Below, piece by piece: positions 7,941 to 16,578 of a DNA stretch of 32,000 nt. Made by a program: the position numbers and the translations under genes. The stretch comes from Rhodobacter capsulatus SB 1003. GTDB lineage: Bacteria; Pseudomonadota; Alphaproteobacteria; Rhodobacterales; Rhodobacteraceae. The stretch is taken from NCBI RefSeq assembly GCF_000021865.1, contig NC_014034.1, forward strand, positions 1,230,001-1,262,000, in the 5' to 3' direction. The notes under the pieces are model-generated. The model was not told where the DNA came from. It saw only the letters and a program-made list of their open reading frames with translations, and made no database searches. Position 1 is the first letter of the stretch, and every line of letters starts with the position of its first letter.

Positions 7941-9005
7941 ATGAGCCATCCCCGTCTGTCGCTGGCGCTTGAGGCGCCCGAAGCTTTGCCGCCCGAGGGG
8001 CGGATCGTCGTTTACCGTCCCACCGCCGAGACCGACCTCTCCGATCTGCCAAAGGACCGGCTGCAGCTGGTGCAGGGCTTCCGGCCCGATCACGACGCGC
8101 TGGCCGCGCGCGGCTTTGCCGTTGCCGCCGCGACCGGGGAGCGCGGCTTTGCCGCCGCCGTGGTCTTCGTGCCGCGCGCCAAGGCCGAGGCGCGGGCGCT
8201 GCTGGCCGAGGCGGCGGCGCGGGTGGTGCCGGGCGGGCCGATCTGGGTGGACGGGCTGAAGACTGACGGCATCGACTCGCTGCTGAAAGACCTGCGCGGG
8301 CTGGTGCCGATCACCGATCCGATCGCCAAGGCGCATGGCAAGATCCTGTCCTTTGCCGCCGCGCCGGGGGCGCTGGCGGGCTGGGAGGCGCGGCCGCTGC
8401 AGCCCGCGCCCGGCTTCACCACGCTGCCCGGGGTGTTTTCGGCCGATGGCATCGACCGCGGCTCGGCGCTGCTGGCCGCCTGCCTGCCCGAGACGCTGCC
8501 CGCAAGGGTGGTCGATCTGGGCGCGGGCTGGGGCTGGCTTGCGGCGCAGGTTCTGGCGCGCAAGGGGGTGGAGGCGGTCGATCTGGTCGAGGCGGAACAT
8601 GCCGCGCTCGACTGCGCCAAACGCAACCTGACCGATCCGCGGGCGCGGTTTCACTGGGCCGATGCGACCCGGGTGAAGCTTGACGCCCGGCCGCTGGCGG
8701 TGGTGATGAACCCGCCCTTTCACACCTCCCGCGCCGCCGATCCGGGGCTGGGGCTGGCCTTCATCCGCGCCGCGGCGGGGCTCTTGTCGCTCTCGGGGAC
8801 GCTCTGGATGGTGGCGAACCGGCACCTGCCCTATGAGGCGGCCTTGCGCGACTGTTTCCACGAGGTCGAGGAGCTCACCCCGCCCGGCGGCCGCGACGGC
8901 GCCTTCCGGGTGATCCGGGCCGAGCGTCCGATCGCGCATGCGACGAAACCGGAAAAGCCCGCACCCGAAACCGCCGCGCGCCGGGTGGTGCGGCGGCGGC
9001 GCTGA
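7941..9005 (+). CDS. class I SAM-dependent methyltransferase, RsmC/RsmD-like (rRNA guanine-N2 type)
   Basis: 354 aa. It has the SAM motif I VVDLGAGWGWLA and the NPPFH catalytic motif (VVMNPPFHTSR), plus an N-terminal MTS-like domain. It starts 21 nt after clpS. Confidence 0.75.
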   Translation: MSHPRLSLALEAPEALPPEGRIVVYRPTAETDLSDLPKDRLQLVQGFRPDHDALAARGFAVAAATGERGFAAAVVFVPRAKAEARALLAEAAARVVPGGPIWVDGLKTDGIDSLLKDLRGLVPITDPIAKAHGKILSFAAAPGALAGWEARPLQPAPGFTTLPGVFSADGIDRGSALLAACLPETLPARVVDLGAGWGWLAAQVLARKGVEAVDLVEAEHAALDCAKRNLTDPRARFHWADATRVKLDARPLAVVMNPPFHTSRAADPGLGLAFIRAAAGLLSLSGTLWMVANRHLPYEAALRDCFHEVEELTPPGGRDGAFRVIRAERPIAHATKPEKPAPETAARRVVRRRR

Positions 9006-9023
9006 CAGCTGGCGCGAGGTGGC

Positions 9024-9434
9024 CTATTCCTCGGGATAGGCCGCCTTGCAGGCGCGGATCGCGGCATTGGCGGCGGGGGTCAGCTCGTCGATCTTGTCGC
9101 GCAGCCCGTCGCGCTTGCGCCGTTCCGAGACCGGATCGATCGCCACTTCGCGGGTGCGGGTGACGGTGTAATCTTCCAGGCACATGCGCGGTTTCTCGAT
9201 CACCGTGCCATTGCCGCGCCGGATCACGTCGGTGCCGCATTGTTCCCAGCGCGTCATCGGCACGTCGTAATCCTCATAGGCATAGCCGCGCGCCAGATTG
9301 CCCTCGATCTCGTCAAGCATGTCCTGCAGATGTCGGATCTCGCGGGTTTCGCGGTTGATGCATTGTTCCTGCGGCGTGCCGCAGCCGGTCAGAACACCGA
9401 CGCCCAGAATACCGAACCCGATCAGCTTGCGCAT
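9024..9434 (-). CDS. small Cys-rich lipoprotein, unknown function
   Basis: The start is at MRKLIGFGILGVGVLTGCGT (lipobox LTGC), with GGAGGG 6 nt upstream. The protein is 136 aa, with four further Cys residues downstream of the lipobox Cys. I recognise no family. Confidence 0.65.
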   Translation of the reverse strand: MRKLIGFGILGVGVLTGCGTPQEQCINRETREIRHLQDMLDEIEGNLARGYAYEDYDVPMTRWEQCGTDVIRRGNGTVIEKPRMCLEDYTVTRTREVAIDPVSERRKRDGLRDKIDELTPAANAAIRACKAAYPEE

Positions 9435-9513
9435 GGAACCCTCCGTTTGCGGCATTCTTGCGCCCGGCGCGCAAAAAGGCAACCGGAGAGGGGGCTGCTG
9501 CCCCCCCGGCTGC

Positions 9514-9570
9514 GCCCCCCCGGGATATTTGCACCAGGGTGAACGGGCGATATTTGCCGTGACGGCAGAA
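9514..9570. repeat. variant copy of the dispersed intergenic element plus a partial second copy
   Basis: CCCCCCCGGGATATTTGCACCAGGGTGAA lies at 9514-9543. It is followed by GGGCGATATTTGCCGTGACGGCAGAA (9545-9570), which contains the GCCGTGACGGC palindrome. Both lie in the divergent region between the lipoprotein and helicase genes. Confidence 0.55.
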
Positions 9571-9637
9571 CGGGGCTTTCCTTTCGGGCGGATTGGGCGT
9601 ATGGGCTTCGCTTTGATTGTAGCGAAAGCCCCCCCAT

Positions 9638-11650
9638 ATGACCGACTTCCCCCATCTTCCCGCGGCGCTTGCCGAGGCTCTGTCCGCGCGGGGCTATGAT
9701 GCCCTGACGCCCGTTCAGGACGCGGTGACGCGCCCCGAGCTGGCCGGACGGGATCTCCTCGTCTCGGCGCAGACGGGGTCGGGCAAGACGGTGGCCTTCG
9801 GGCTGGCGATCTCGGCCGAGTTGCTGGGCGAAAACGGCATCTCGCCTTACCCGGATCTGCCGCGCGCGCTGGTGGTGGCGCCGACGCGCGAATTGGCCGT
9901 GCAGGTCAGCCGCGAGCTGAGCTGGCTTTACGAAAAGGCCGGGGCGGTGATCACCGGCGCCGTCGGCGGCATGGATGCCCGGGCCGAACGTCGGGCGCTG
10001 GAACGCGGCGCGCATATCGTTGTGGGCACGCCCGGGCGGATCTGCGATCACATCCGCCGCGGGGCGCTGGATCTGTCGGCGCTCTCGGCCGTCGTCTTGG
10101 ACGAGGCCGACGAGATGCTCGACATGGGCTTTCGCGAAGATCTGGAATTCATTCTGGAATCCGCCCCCGAGGGGCGCCGGACGCTGATGTTTTCGGCGAC
10201 CGTCCCGCGCGAGATCGAACGTCTGGCGCAGACCTTCCAGCGCGAGGCGGAGCGGATTTCCACCGTGTCCTCGCGCGAGAGCCATGCCGATATCGACTAT
10301 CGCGGCGTGCTGGTGGACCGCTCTGACCGTGAAAATGCCATCGTCAACCTGCTGCGCCTGCACGAGGCGGAACGCGCCATCGTCTTCTGCTCGACCCGGG
10401 CGGCGGTGACGCATCTGACCGGCAAGCTTCTGAACCGGGGCTTCTCGGTCGTGGCGCTCTCGGGCGAGCTGACGCAGGACGAACGCTCGCGCGCGCTGCA
10501 GATGATGCGCGACGGCCGGGCGCGGGTCTGCATCGCCACCGACGTTGCCGCGCGCGGCATCGACCTTCCGGGGCTGGAGCTGGTGATTCACGCCGATCTG
10601 CCGATGAACCGCGAGGGGCTGTTGCACCGTTCGGGCCGCACCGGCCGGGCCGGGCGCAAGGGGCTTTCGGCCATTGTCGTGCCGCTGAACGTGCGCGCCA
10701 AGGCCGAGCGGCTTCTGCGCGAGGCGCAGGTTTCGGTGACCTGGGAAGGGGCGCCGACGCCCGAGGATATTCTGGCCCGCGATCAGGAACGTCTGCTGAC
10801 GGAACCGGCGCTGACCGAGCCCGCGACGGCCGAGGAATTCGACGCCATCGCCCGGCTTTTGGAAACGCATGAGCCGAAGCAGCTCGCCGCCGCCGTGCTG
10901 CGCCATTTCCGCGCCGCCCGCACCGCGCCCGAGGATGTGATCCCGGTCAGCGTGGGCGAGGGGCCGAAGCCCCGCGCGCGCGAGGAATTCGGGGCTGCGC
11001 GCTGGTATCGGCTCTCGATGGGCCATGACCAATGGGTGGACCCGAAATGGCTGTTGCCGATGCTGTGCCGCGCGGGCGATCTGACCCGGCGCGACATCGG
11101 GATGATCCGGGTGATGCAGGATCAGACCTTCGTGCAGATCCATGAATCGATGGCCGACCGTTTCGAAGCGGGTCTGGGCGCCGATCGGGTGATGGAAGGC
11201 AAATGCACGGTCGAAAACCTGCCGGGCATGCCCGAGGGCCTCGACCGTCCGGCGCCGAAGCCCGACCGCTGGAGCAAGACCGGCGATCGCAAGCCCTATG
11301 AGAAGAAACCCTATGCCCCGCGCGGCAGCTATGGCGACAAACCGGCGCCGAAGCCGCATCGCAAGGGCCCGCCGCGCGAAGAGGGGGCCGAACGCGCGCC
11401 GCGGTTTGAAAAGACCGAGCGTTTCGAGAAATCCGACCGCGCCGAGCGCCCGGCCCATCCGGCCCGCAAGCCTGCGGGCGACGCGCCCGCGCCGAAACCC
11501 CGCAAGGCCGCCCCCTGGGCCCGCGAAGGCGGCCACGGTGCCGCCGCGAAAGAGGGCAAACCGGCGCCGAAATACGGCGCGAAAAGCTTTGCCAAGCCCG
11601 GCGCGAAACCCGCGGGCAAGCCCGGCCCGAAAAAACCGCGCAGCTTCTGA
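9638..11650 (+). CDS. DEAD-box ATP-dependent RNA helicase with DbpA-like RNA-binding domain and basic K/P/A-rich tail
   Basis: 670 aa. Helicase motifs are the Q-motif region (ALTPVQ), AQTGSGKT, PTRELA, VLDEADEML, SAT, ATDVAARGID and HRSGRTGRAG. A DbpA-like domain (RWYRLSMGHDQWVDPKWLLPMLCRAG...) is followed by a low-complexity tail. Confidence 0.9.
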   Translation: MTDFPHLPAALAEALSARGYDALTPVQDAVTRPELAGRDLLVSAQTGSGKTVAFGLAISAELLGENGISPYPDLPRALVVAPTRELAVQVSRELSWLYEKAGAVITGAVGGMDARAERRALERGAHIVVGTPGRICDHIRRGALDLSALSAVVLDEADEMLDMGFREDLEFILESAPEGRRTLMFSATVPREIERLAQTFQREAERISTVSSRESHADIDYRGVLVDRSDRENAIVNLLRLHEAERAIVFCSTRAAVTHLTGKLLNRGFSVVALSGELTQDERSRALQMMRDGRARVCIATDVAARGIDLPGLELVIHADLPMNREGLLHRSGRTGRAGRKGLSAIVVPLNVRAKAERLLREAQVSVTWEGAPTPEDILARDQERLLTEPALTEPATAEEFDAIARLLETHEPKQLAAAVLRHFRAARTAPEDVIPVSVGEGPKPRAREEFGAARWYRLSMGHDQWVDPKWLLPMLCRAGDLTRRDIGMIRVMQDQTFVQIHESMADRFEAGLGADRVMEGKCTVENLPGMPEGLDRPAPKPDRWSKTGDRKPYEKKPYAPRGSYGDKPAPKPHRKGPPREEGAERAPRFEKTERFEKSDRAERPAHPARKPAGDAPAPKPRKAAPWAREGGHGAAAKEGKPAPKYGAKSFAKPGAKPAGKPGPKKPRSF

Positions 11651-11672
11651 ACCGCTGCGCCAGATAAGCAAA

Positions 11673-11695
11673 GGGGGCCTCGCGGCCCCCTTTTT
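11673..11695 (+). terminator. intrinsic terminator after the helicase gene
   Basis: GGGGGCC-tcgc-GGCCCCC forms a 7-bp GC stem with a tetraloop and is followed by TTTTT. The A-rich 5' flank (AAGCAAA) gives weak bidirectionality toward convergent hemE. Confidence 0.75.
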
Positions 11696-11713
11696 CTTGG
11701 TTCAAATACGCCC
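11691..11713. repeat. single copy of the dispersed intergenic element (reverse orientation)
   Basis: TTTTTCTTGGTTCAAATACGCCC. It shares its T-run with the adjacent terminator. Confidence 0.6.
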
Positions 11714-11721
11714 TTGCGCGC

Positions 11722-12756
11722 TCAGCCCTTGCGGATGGTTTCCATCAGGAGCGTGACATTGTCCGGGTTCGCCTCGGGCGTGATGCCATGGCCGAGGTTG
11801 AAGATATGCGGCCCGTTCTTGAACGCGGCGACGACCTTTTTCGTCGCTTCCACAAGCTCTTGGCCGCCGGTCACCATGTAGGACGGGTCCAGGTTGCCCT
11901 GCACGCAGGTCTTGCCCTTTTGCACGTTTTCCGCCGCCCAGTCCGGCGAGACCGAATTGTCGATGGCGACGCAATCCGCCCCGGTCTTTTCGGCAAAACC
12001 GATGTAGCCCTGGCCCGCCTCGCGCGGGAAGGCGATGACCGGCAGGCCGGGGAAGCGGCGCTTCATCTCGGCGGTGATGACGCGGGCGGGTTCGACCGCG
12101 AAATCCTCGAAATCCTGGCCCTTGAGCGAACCGGCCCAGCTGTCGAACAGCTTGACGACTTCGCAGCCCGCCTCGACCTGTTTCGACAGGTATTCGATCG
12201 TCGCCACGGTCACCGCGTCGATCAGCGCCGAAAACGCCGCCCGGTCGGTGTCCTTGAACTTGTGCGCCGCCGCCTGATCCTTGGAGCCGCGGCCCGCGAT
12301 CATGTAGGTGGCCACGGTCCAGGGCATGCCCGCAAAGCCGATGAAAGTGGTTTCCTTCGGCAGCTCGCGCGACAGGATCTTGCAGGTCTCATAGACCGGG
12401 GCGAGCTTGTCGTGGATGTCGTCCTTGCCCTTGAGGCCCTTGACGCCCTCCATCGAGGTCACGGTGGACATCCGCGGCCCTTCCCCGGTTTCAAACCACA
12501 GATCAAGGCCAAGCGCCTGCGGCAAAAGCAGGATGTCGGCGAAAAGGATCGCGGCGTCGAACCCATAACGGCGGATCGGCTGCAGCGTCACTTCGGCAGC
12601 AAGGTCCGGCGTGTAGCACAGGCTGAGGAAATCGCCCGCCTGCGCGCGGGTGGCGCGGTATTCCGGCAGGTAGCGGCCCGCCTGCCGCATCAGCCACACC
12701 GGCGGCGTGGGAAGAACTTCGCCCTTGAGGGCGCGCAGGATCGTCTTGTCGGTCAT
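11722..12756 (-). CDS. hemE: uroporphyrinogen decarboxylase
   Basis: The start is at [34 protein letters not shown], the canonical HemE N-terminus, with AAGGAGG 6 nt upstream. The protein is 344 aa. The upstream ORF extension to 12843 is rejected. Confidence 0.92.
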   Translation of the reverse strand: MTDKTILRALKGEVLPTPPVWLMRQAGRYLPEYRATRAQAGDFLSLCYTPDLAAEVTLQPIRRYGFDAAILFADILLLPQALGLDLWFETGEGPRMSTVTSMEGVKGLKGKDDIHDKLAPVYETCKILSRELPKETTFIGFAGMPWTVATYMIAGRGSKDQAAAHKFKDTDRAAFSALIDAVTVATIEYLSKQVEAGCEVVKLFDSWAGSLKGQDFEDFAVEPARVITAEMKRRFPGLPVIAFPREAGQGYIGFAEKTGADCVAIDNSVSPDWAAENVQKGKTCVQGNLDPSYMVTGGQELVEATKKVVAAFKNGPHIFNLGHGITPEANPDNVTLLMETIRKG

Positions 12757-12803
12757 TTGGAGGGCCTCCTTCTTGCCCCTTAACAGCGTCCCCTGCGGCT
12801 GAA

Positions 12804-12821
12804 TGTCAAGCACTGTTGACA
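12804..12821. promoter_or_regulatory. TGT-N12-ACA palindrome (CrtJ/PpsR-type) that also forms back-to-back TTGACA -35 hexamers in the hemE-hemC divergent region
   Basis: The sequence is TGTCAAgcactgTTGACA. TTGACA reads outward on both strands toward hemE (-) and hemC (+). Candidate -10 hexamers are GGCAAT (12839-12844, + strand) and TGTTAA (reverse complement of 12780-12785, - strand). Confidence 0.45.
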
Positions 12822-12866
12822 CTTGTAAAGCTTGCGCGGGCAATCTGACGCGGTTATGCCAAGCGC

Positions 12867-13820
12867 ATGGAACAGATGCCCTCGCCCAACGCCCCGCTGA
12901 AGATCGGCACCCGCGGCAGCCCTCTGGCGCTCGCGCAAGCCTTTGAGACCCGCTCGCGGCTCATGGCCGCGTTCGATCTGCCCGAAGAGGCCTTCGAGAT
13001 CGTCGTGATCAAGACCTCGGGCGACAATGCGGCGCTGATCGCCGCCGACAAGCCTTTGAAAGAGGTGGGGGGCAAGGGCCTTTTCACCAAGGAAATCGAA
13101 GAGGCGATGCTGGCGGGCTCGATCGACATCGCCGTGCATTCGATGAAGGACATGCCGACGCTTCAGCCCGAGGGGCTGATCCTCGATTGCTACCTGCCGC
13201 GCGAAGACACCCGCGACGCCTTCGTTTCGATGAAATACAATTCGCTCGCCGAGCTGCCCGAGGGCGCGGTGGTGGGCACCTCCAGCTTGCGCCGTCGCGC
13301 CCAGCTTGCCGCGCGTCGCCCCGATCTGAAGATGGTCGAATTCCGCGGCAACGTGCAGACGCGGATGAAGAAACTGGGCGAAGGCGTGGCCGATGCCACC
13401 TTCCTTGCGCTGGCCGGTCTGAACCGTCTGGGCATGTCCGAAGTGGCGAAATCCGCGATCGAGCCCGAGGACATGCTGCCCGCCGTGGCGCAGGGCTGCA
13501 TCGGGATCGAACGCCGCGAGGCCGACACCCGGGCCAAGATGCTGCTCGATGCGATCCATCACGCGCCTTCGGGCCTGCGGCTGGCCTGCGAACGCAGCTT
13601 CCTGCTGACGCTCGACGGCTCCTGCGAGACCCCGATCGGCGGTCTTTCGGTGCTGGAAGGCGATCAGATCTGGCTGCGCGGCGAGATCCTGCGTCCCGAT
13701 GGCTCCGAGACGATCACCGGCGAGATCCGCGGCCCGGCCGCCGATGGCGTGGCGCTGGGGGCGGAGCTGGCGAAACAATTGCTGGCCAAGGCGCCCGCGG
13801 ATTTCTTCTGCTGGCGGTAA
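12867..13820 (+). CDS. hemC: hydroxymethylbilane synthase (porphobilinogen deaminase)
   Basis: 317 aa. Family-typical sequence includes [56 protein letters not shown] and the C-terminal [11 protein letters not shown] (cofactor Cys). The ATG at 12876 is an alternative start. Confidence 0.92.
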   Translation: MEQMPSPNAPLKIGTRGSPLALAQAFETRSRLMAAFDLPEEAFEIVVIKTSGDNAALIAADKPLKEVGGKGLFTKEIEEAMLAGSIDIAVHSMKDMPTLQPEGLILDCYLPREDTRDAFVSMKYNSLAELPEGAVVGTSSLRRRAQLAARRPDLKMVEFRGNVQTRMKKLGEGVADATFLALAGLNRLGMSEVAKSAIEPEDMLPAVAQGCIGIERREADTRAKMLLDAIHHAPSGLRLACERSFLLTLDGSCETPIGGLSVLEGDQIWLRGEILRPDGSETITGEIRGPAADGVALGAELAKQLLAKAPADFFCWR

Positions 13821-13840
13821 GCCTGCCGCGCCCGCGCGAA

Positions 13841-13896
13841 GGGCGTATTTGGGCCAAGAAGAAACCAATGCCGTTTCTTCTTGGTGCAAATACGCG
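13841..13896. repeat. inverted pair of the dispersed intergenic element; probable terminator after hemC
   Basis: GGGCGTATTTGGGCCAAGAAGAAAC (13841-13865), a caatgcc loop, and GTTTCTTCTTGGTGCAAATACGCG (13873-13896). They form a 23-bp stem with one 2-nt internal mismatch. Confidence 0.75.
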
Positions 13897-13923
13897 AAAG
13901 CGCGGCCTGAGCCGGGGGATCCG

Positions 13924-15300
13924 ATGGATCTTCTTGACCGACTGAGCGATCTTCTCGGCCCTGCGCAGGTTCTGCGCGGGGCCGAAGCTTTGGCCTATGG
14001 CCGCGAATGGACCGGGCATTATGTCTGGGAACCGCTGGCCGTCGTCCGCCCCGGCACCACCGAGGAGGTGGCCGCGGTCCTGCGTCTGGCGCATCAGACC
14101 GGCACGCCGGTCGTGCCCCTTGGCGGCAATACCGGGCTGAACGGGGGCACCTTCGCGCCCGGTGCGCTGATGCTCTCGCTCTCCCGCATGAACCGCATCC
14201 GCGATCTGAACCCCGCCGCGCGGACGGTGGTGGCCGAGGCCGGGGTGGTTCTGGAAACCTTGCAGGATCTTGCCGCCGCGCAGGGGCTGGCCTTTCCGCT
14301 GAGTTTCGGCGCCAAGGGCTCGGCGATGGTGGGGGGATTTCTCTCGACCAATGCGGGCGGCTCGAACGTGCTGCGCTACGGCTCGGCCCGGGCCCTGTGT
14401 CTGGGGCTCGAAGTGGTTCTGGCCGATGGCCGGATCTGGCACGGGCTGACGGGCCTGCACAAGGACAACACCGGCTACGATCTGCGCGATCTGATCATCG
14501 GGGCCGAGGGGACGCTTGGCGTCATCACCGCTGCCGTGCTGAAACTGGTGCCCGCGCCCGGGGCCTATGCGACGGCGCTGGTCGGGCTTGACAGCCTGTC
14601 CGAGGCGCTCGCGCTGCTCAACACCGTGCAATCCGGCACGGGCGGCGCGGTCGAGGCCTTCGAATTCATGCCCGATCGTTACATGGCGCGGCTTTCCCGG
14701 CTGAAACCGGCGCTGGCCTGTCCCTATGCGCCCCGCCCGGTCAATCTGCTGATCGAGACCGCGACCACCGTGCCCGGCGCCGATCCCGGTGCCGCGCTGG
14801 AAGCCCTGCTTGGCGCGGCGATGGAGGCGGGGCAGATCGCCGAGGCGGTGATTGCCCAATCCGCCAGCCAGCGCCGCAAGCTGTGGGAGATGCGCGAATC
14901 GGCGGCCGAGATCACCTTCACCACGCCCGATATCGTCGATTGCGACATCGCCCTGCCGCTGGACCGGCTTGAGAACTTTCTGGCCCGGATGACGCCTGCG
15001 CTGGCCGAGCTCGACCCCGGCGCCGAGGAATTGGTGATCGCGCATCTGGGCGATGGCAACATCCATTACACCGCCTACCCCTCGCGCCCCGATCCCGTGC
15101 TGGCGCAGGCGATCCGGGCCCGGGTCAGCACCGAGGCGGTCGCCCTGGGCGGCAGTTTCAGTGCCGAACACGGAGTGGGGATTTCGAAGCGCGCGACGAT
15201 GGCGGCGCACAAGGACCCGGTGGCCCTGCAGATGATGGCCGCGATCAAGGCGGCGCTGGACCCCAAGGGCATCCTCAACCCCGGCAAGGTGCTGCCTTAG
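13924..15300 (+). CDS. FAD-linked oxidase (GlcD / D-2-hydroxyacid dehydrogenase family)
   Basis: The start is at MDLLDRLSDLLG with GGGGGA upstream. The protein is 458 aa. It has FAD-binding PCMH-type sequence (VVPLGGNTGLNGG, GYDLRDLIIGAEGTLGVIT) and the C-terminal SAEHGVG...LDPKGILNPGKV signature. Confidence 0.85.
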   Translation: MDLLDRLSDLLGPAQVLRGAEALAYGREWTGHYVWEPLAVVRPGTTEEVAAVLRLAHQTGTPVVPLGGNTGLNGGTFAPGALMLSLSRMNRIRDLNPAARTVVAEAGVVLETLQDLAAAQGLAFPLSFGAKGSAMVGGFLSTNAGGSNVLRYGSARALCLGLEVVLADGRIWHGLTGLHKDNTGYDLRDLIIGAEGTLGVITAAVLKLVPAPGAYATALVGLDSLSEALALLNTVQSGTGGAVEAFEFMPDRYMARLSRLKPALACPYAPRPVNLLIETATTVPGADPGAALEALLGAAMEAGQIAEAVIAQSASQRRKLWEMRESAAEITFTTPDIVDCDIALPLDRLENFLARMTPALAELDPGAEELVIAHLGDGNIHYTAYPSRPDPVLAQAIRARVSTEAVALGGSFSAEHGVGISKRATMAAHKDPVALQMMAAIKAALDPKGILNPGKVLP

Positions 15301-15339
15301 GGGGTTGAGAATCGCCTCTGCCAGGCGCATCAGGCCCCC

Positions 15340-16542
15340 ATGTCCCTTGCCGCCCCCTTCCGCCCGATCCTGCGCGACCGCACCCTGATGCTGGCCGCCT
15401 GCCTTCTGGTCCTGTTCGGCGCCCATGCGGCGACGATCGCGCCCTATGTGTCCTCGCTTGCGGTCAAGGTCTTCGGCCTTTCCGATCACGCCTTTTCGGC
15501 GCTGCTGATCCTGGCCTCGCTGGTCGCCGTCGCCACCTCGGTCGGTTTCGGCATCCTCGCTGATCAGCGCGCCAACCGCCGCGCCATCGCGCTGACGACG
15601 GTGACGGCGCTGACGCTGGGCACGGCGCTGATGGCGCTGGCCCCCGCCACCCCCGCCTTCGTGCTGGCGCATGCGCTGTTGCTGCCGATCTCAAGCGCCA
15701 TCTTCGGGCAGATCTTCGCGCTGGCCCGTCTGGCCGCCACCACCCAGCCCGAGGCCGACCGGCCCGCCGTCCTTTCCACCCTGCGCGCGCTTTTCGCGCT
15801 GCCCTGGGTCGTGGTGCTGCCGATCTGGTCGGTGGTGTTTCAGGGCACGACGCCGCTCACCGCGATCTATCCGGTCTGCCTGGTGCTGGCGGCGCTGATG
15901 CTGGGGCTGACCGCATGGCTTTGGCCCCGCGACGGCGCAACCCATTGGGAAGACATCCCTTCTGGCCTTTCGTTCCGCGAGGCGCTGACCGAAATCGCCC
16001 ATCCCCGCGTGCTGATCCGGGTTCTGGCCCTTGGCACGATCAACGGCGCGGTGATGCTTTACATGGTCGTCGTCGGGCTGGTCTTTGCGGGCATTCCCTT
16101 TCGCGGCGCCTCTGACACCGCGCTTTATGCGGGGATCATGGCCGGGCTCGAGGTGCCCTTCATGCTGGCGCTGCCCTTTGTTGCGACCAGGGTCAAGCGC
16201 ACCCATCTGATCGCGCTGGGCACATTTCTCTACGCCGTCCATCTGGCGGGCATCCCGCTTCTGGCCGAGACCCCCGCCGTCTGGGCGCTGACGCTGTCAG
16301 GCGCGATCGGCGGCGCCATCGTGCTGACGCAACCCATGGCCTATCTGCAGGATCTGATGGCCGAGCGCCCGGGCGCGGGCGCCTCGCTGATGGCGCTGCA
16401 AAAACTGGCGGGCGATGCCTTTTCCGCCACCTGCTTCGCCCTTGGCACCGGCCTTGGCGGCTATGGCCTTGCCGCCTTTCTGGGCGCGGCCCTGTCCCTC
16501 CTTGGCGCCGCGCTGCTGATCGGGCTTGACCGAAACCGCTGA
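15340..16542 (+). CDS. MFS-type transporter (12 predicted TM segments), substrate unknown
   Basis: 400 aa and uniformly hydrophobic, with periodic short loops. It has a DQRANRR loop after TM2, like MFS motif A. It starts 39 nt after the oxidase gene. Confidence 0.7.
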   Translation: MSLAAPFRPILRDRTLMLAACLLVLFGAHAATIAPYVSSLAVKVFGLSDHAFSALLILASLVAVATSVGFGILADQRANRRAIALTTVTALTLGTALMALAPATPAFVLAHALLLPISSAIFGQIFALARLAATTQPEADRPAVLSTLRALFALPWVVVLPIWSVVFQGTTPLTAIYPVCLVLAALMLGLTAWLWPRDGATHWEDIPSGLSFREALTEIAHPRVLIRVLALGTINGAVMLYMVVVGLVFAGIPFRGASDTALYAGIMAGLEVPFMLALPFVATRVKRTHLIALGTFLYAVHLAGIPLLAETPAVWALTLSGAIGGAIVLTQPMAYLQDLMAERPGAGASLMALQKLAGDAFSATCFALGTGLGGYGLAAFLGAALSLLGAALLIGLDRNR

Positions 16543-16544
16543 CT

Positions 16545-16567
16545 TTTTCTTGGCCCAAATACGCCCT
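16545..16567. repeat. single copy of the dispersed intergenic element between convergent genes
   Basis: TTTTTCTTGGCCCAAATACGCCC. It is bracketed by the 8-bp inverted repeat CTGACTTT (16539-16546) / AAAGTCAG (16575-16582), and each arm contains the stop codon of one flanking gene. Confidence 0.6.
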
Positions 16568-16578
16568 TTCCCCGAAAG

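Noticed and set aside
7566-9005. clpS is not followed by clpA, so it might be a degraded operon
   Set aside because: clpS is intact and is followed 21 nt later by an intact methyltransferase gene. Separation of clpS and clpA occurs in various bacteria, and no clpA remnant is visible, so this is not evidence of decay.
9422-11671. 749-aa minus-strand ORF opposite the DEAD-box helicase. Similar cases are 13714-15672 opposite the FAD oxidase and MFS genes, 12780-13889 opposite hemC, 11788-12783 opposite hemE, 7578-8939 opposite the methyltransferase gene, 25970-27803 opposite the MCP gene and 30732-31775 opposite phnC.
   Set aside because: All are antisense shadows of genes with unambiguous family motifs, and their composition is dominated by Arg, Gly, Pro and Ala.
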